DNA from: Obrimoposthia wandeli
Taxonomy: Eukaryota
Assembly (NCBI GenBank): GCA_977020255.1
Contig: CDROCS010006437.1
Coordinates: forward strand, 1-64,000
Direction of reading: 5' to 3'
Length of the DNA: 64,000 nt
Numbering within the stretch: the stretch's first letter is position 1; each line of letters opens with the position of its first letter. Both the position numbers and the translations under genes were made by a program. Shown here piece after piece: positions 61,231-64,000 of this stretch. The notes beneath the pieces were generated by a model. The model was not told the origin of the DNA. It ran no database searches and was given only the letters and a program-made list of their open reading frames with translations.

Positions 61231-63684
61231 CTAAATGTTACATAAAACTGATAGCGATAAATTTCTTCCTGGAGCGCTAATTGAAGATGCAAATTCCTTA
61301 AAGTGACGATCAAAAATGTTATCAAGGTTTACATAAAATGTTAAGTTGTTATTTAACTTGTAATTAGAGCTAATATTGAAAGTGTTCCAGCTAGGATTGC
61401 CGTAATAACTATTTGTTGAAGCAATAAAAGGAGTTTGTTCAACATTATCTATTCCTTCAATCAAATTATAATCTTTTATTTTTTTTCGACCATTAAACCT
61501 CCAATTAACTGCAGCTTGTAAACGTTCTTTTTTAAAACCTATTTCAAACAAACCAAATAATGGAGGAATTGATGATAGTGGTAATTTAGTGTCATATGCT
61601 TTTCCTTTAGTATATGTTATTGAGCCTTTAGTGTACCAATTTGGAGATAGGCTCCCTTTAAAACTAAAAGTACTTCCAATTATATATGCTTTGTCTTTAT
61701 TAACATTAGCAACTATATTTGCTTCCTCTCCATCATACATTATAGTTGAAGCATTATCGATTTCAAATTGATCTCTAGTAATATAATTATCTAACAATGT
61801 ATAATATAAATTTATACCTGTTTGAAATTTTCTATTGTTAAAATACTTTAAAATACTTGACTCAAAGCTATATGCATACTCTGGCTTAACATAAATATTT
61901 GGAACTGTAACATCTCCAGATTTTTCTCTAATTTTCCCAACATCATCAATGTTTGGAGATCTAAATCCAGATGCAATAACACTATTTATTTGCCAATCCT
62001 TTTCAGGTTTAAACACATATCCTATAGTTGCAGTAACAGCAGAATTGTTCAGGTTTATATCAAAACTTGGTAAGGTAATAAAAGTATCATCTATCCATTT
62101 TGCATTTAAATTTGTATTCACAAATCTAATACCTGTGTTAAGTGTGGATTTTTTACTAATATCTTGTCTATAATTAATATATGAAGCTAAACTTGTATAA
62201 CTGCTTCCCCCATCTGGATATCTAGATTGAACAGTAAAGTTATCGCTAAATCCAACAATAGTATTATCTACTACATCCAAAGTTTTACCATATGCATTCG
62301 ATTTAACTTCATTATGTGAAACTTCAAAACCGTATGACATAACCCTTTTATTAGATGTGTTTAATGGAATAAAAAAATCTCCATTTAAACTAAAAACATC
62401 TACATTTTCTTTTCTGTAAGAACGATCAAGACTTGTAAATTTTCTTTGAATTCTAGATTCTTTAAGATTTTGGTAAGCTGCTGTAATTGTTCCCGTTTTT
62501 ACCCATTTTTTATTAGGTCTAATTTTTAACTGAGATGATATTAATAATCTTTTTTGTGGGCCATAATGCCATTCTGCAAATTTTAAATTATCATCCGAAT
62601 ATTCTGTTAATTTATCAAATCTATCAATATTAGAAGATTTCGAATATTGAAAATTTAATACTAAATCACTTTTAAGTGAAAGTGGTATCGCTATTTTTTG
62701 AAGTAAATCGGTTTGACTATGCCCTGTATTTTTTTGAATAGAATTATCATTATTTATAACTGAAGTTGGATTGTAAAAATTATCAGAATTATTAGAATAT
62801 TCAAATACTTTACCCCAATTATCAAAATTATGGGTTCTGTTTTTACCCATTTTTAAATCTCCAAATTTACTATGCGAAATACTAGTATAAGAAGCCCATT
62901 TTTTATTTCTAAGTTCAATATTCCCTTCGGTCATAAATTCATTATTAACAGAACTAAAACGAGAATAAACTGATGAATTAACTTCTTCTTTATTACTAAT
63001 TTTAGGTGTTTTAGTATAGTAATGAATTACTCCTCCCAATGCATCTGATCCATAAATTACAGATGATGGTCCAAAAATTACTTCTGTTCTATCCAAAAGG
63101 TTTGGAGATATAGTTATTGAGCTTTGTAAATGTCCAGATCTATAAATAGCATTGTTCATTCTAACACCATCAACTACTAATAAAACTCTATTAGCTTCCA
63201 TTCCTCTCAAAACAGGACTTCCACCACCAAATTGAGATTTTTGAACTTTAATTCCAGGTAAGTTCGCTAATAAATCGGCAGTTGTTTGTGGAGCAAATCT
63301 TTTAATTTCTTCTTTCGAAACAATCTCTAGTTGTTCTGCTATTCGCCTTCTACTTTCTACACCTTTAGAGGCTGATAAAACAATCTCATCTAAACGCTCC
63401 GCTTTTTTATTTAAATGGACAACAAATTCAATTTCACCTAATTCTCTTTTTAAAATCTCATATTCAACGTATGACAAATGATTAAATGCTATTATATCTG
63501 ATTCTTTAAATTCAGACAAATCGGCAATACCCTCCTTATTTGAGTAAACGACAGTGCTATTGACATCATTATATATGGTAACATTTTCAATTGGGAAATT
63601 AGTGCCCCGCTCAAGAACTTTAACCTTTTGGGCGTTAATTGAAAACGAAATAAAAAAAAGAAATAGTATTGATAAAACCCTCAT
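61231..63684 (-). CDS. TonB-dependent outer-membrane receptor
   Basis: Carboxypeptidase-like N-domain, TonB box LDEIVLSAS, plug GGGSPVLRG...VDGVRMNN, EVIFGPSSVIYGSDALGG, FRSPNIDD, C-terminal NLDNIFD...APGRNLSLS. Confidence 0.93.
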   Translation of the reverse strand: MRVLSILFLFFISFSINAQKVKVLERGTNFPIENVTIYNDVNSTVVYSNKEGIADLSEFKESDIIAFNHLSYVEYEILKRELGEIEFVVHLNKKAERLDEIVLSASKGVESRRRIAEQLEIVSKEEIKRFAPQTTADLLANLPGIKVQKSQFGGGSPVLRGMEANRVLLVVDGVRMNNAIYRSGHLQSSITISPNLLDRTEVIFGPSSVIYGSDALGGVIHYYTKTPKISNKEEVNSSVYSRFSSVNNEFMTEGNIELRNKKWASYTSISHSKFGDLKMGKNRTHNFDNWGKVFEYSNNSDNFYNPTSVINNDNSIQKNTGHSQTDLLQKIAIPLSLKSDLVLNFQYSKSSNIDRFDKLTEYSDDNLKFAEWHYGPQKRLLISSQLKIRPNKKWVKTGTITAAYQNLKESRIQRKFTSLDRSYRKENVDVFSLNGDFFIPLNTSNKRVMSYGFEVSHNEVKSNAYGKTLDVVDNTIVGFSDNFTVQSRYPDGGSSYTSLASYINYRQDISKKSTLNTGIRFVNTNLNAKWIDDTFITLPSFDINLNNSAVTATIGYVFKPEKDWQINSVIASGFRSPNIDDVGKIREKSGDVTVPNIYVKPEYAYSFESSILKYFNNRKFQTGINLYYTLLDNYITRDQFEIDNASTIMYDGEEANIVANVNKDKAYIIGSTFSFKGSLSPNWYTKGSITYTKGKAYDTKLPLSSIPPLFGLFEIGFKKERLQAAVNWRFNGRKKIKDYNLIEGIDNVEQTPFIASTNSYYGNPSWNTFNISSNYKLNNNLTFYVNLDNIFDRHFKEFASSISAPGRNLSLSVLCNI

Positions 63685-63686
63685 AA

Positions 63687-64000
63687 TTAATTAAATACTG
63701 ACTTTAAAACTTCTAAAGATTTTGGCTTTTTAAATCCTTCCAAATGTAATTCAAAATATTGAATTAAAACAGACAATACAGCCTGTCTGTTTGATGCGTT
63801 AAAATCTATCGTGTGTAGCACATCAAAGTTTATGCCCAAAAGCTTTTTAAACTGTGTTAAATTATTCCCAGAAACAGTGTTATTTGTATTGTGATTTGTG
63901 AATACTCCTTCTAATAAGTCAAAATATAAATATTCAGGATTATTTGCTTCAGGATAAAAACCTAAAAACTTAGTCAAGTTCAATAAAAATAATAGATGGA
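63687..64000 (-). CDS. recO: DNA repair protein RecO, C-terminal part (5' end beyond the window)
   Basis: FLLNLTKFLGFYP...YFDLLEGVF...RQAVLSVLIQYFELHLEGFKKPKSLEVLKSVF matches the flavobacterial RecO C-terminus. Confidence 0.85.
   Translation of the reverse strand, partial: HLLFLLNLTKFLGFYPEANNPEYLYFDLLEGVFTNHNTNNTVSGNNLTQFKKLLGINFDVLHTIDFNASNRQAVLSVLIQYFELHLEGFKKPKSLEVLKSVFN

Noticed and set aside
1-64000. IS elements, integrases, prophage, rRNA or tRNA
   Set aside because: No transposase, integrase or phage motifs among the ORFs, and intergenic gaps are too short or lack RNA-gene signatures.

Overview
AT-rich chromosomal segment of a Flavobacteriaceae-like (Bacteroidota) genome, judged from TAnnTTTG promoter boxes, T9SS C-terminal domains and housekeeping gene types. 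The left half (1-36.2 kb) is mostly core genes: kbl fragment, AddA/UvrD-like helicase-nuclease, two TerB-like genes, mfd, dprA, SPOR, EnvC, ABC ATPases, an OmpR/PhoB-type two-component pair, purD, S41 protease, rnpA and a glutaryl-CoA dehydrogenase-like gene. It also has a 1742-aa reprolysin-type T9SS protease. From 36.3 to 61.1 kb lies a block of giant minus-strand T9SS cargo genes. The ORF track fragments these, but reading across frames suggests three genes. The first is ~12.8 kb (36266-49071) and joins an M14 zinc carboxypeptidase through FN3/GEVED/Ig linkers to ~38-40 tandem 79-aa (237-bp) DUF5011-like Ig repeats and a T9SS CTD. The other two are paralogous LamG-type proteins with a shared C-terminal half and different N-terminal heads. 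The window ends with a TonB-dependent receptor and a partial recO. Indels in unique genes (kbl, TPR, T9SS gene at 26.4 kb, LamG gene at 51 kb) indicate an error-prone consensus, so most frameshifts are probably artefacts. I found no tRNA, rRNA, CRISPR array, transposase, integrase or reverse transcriptase.
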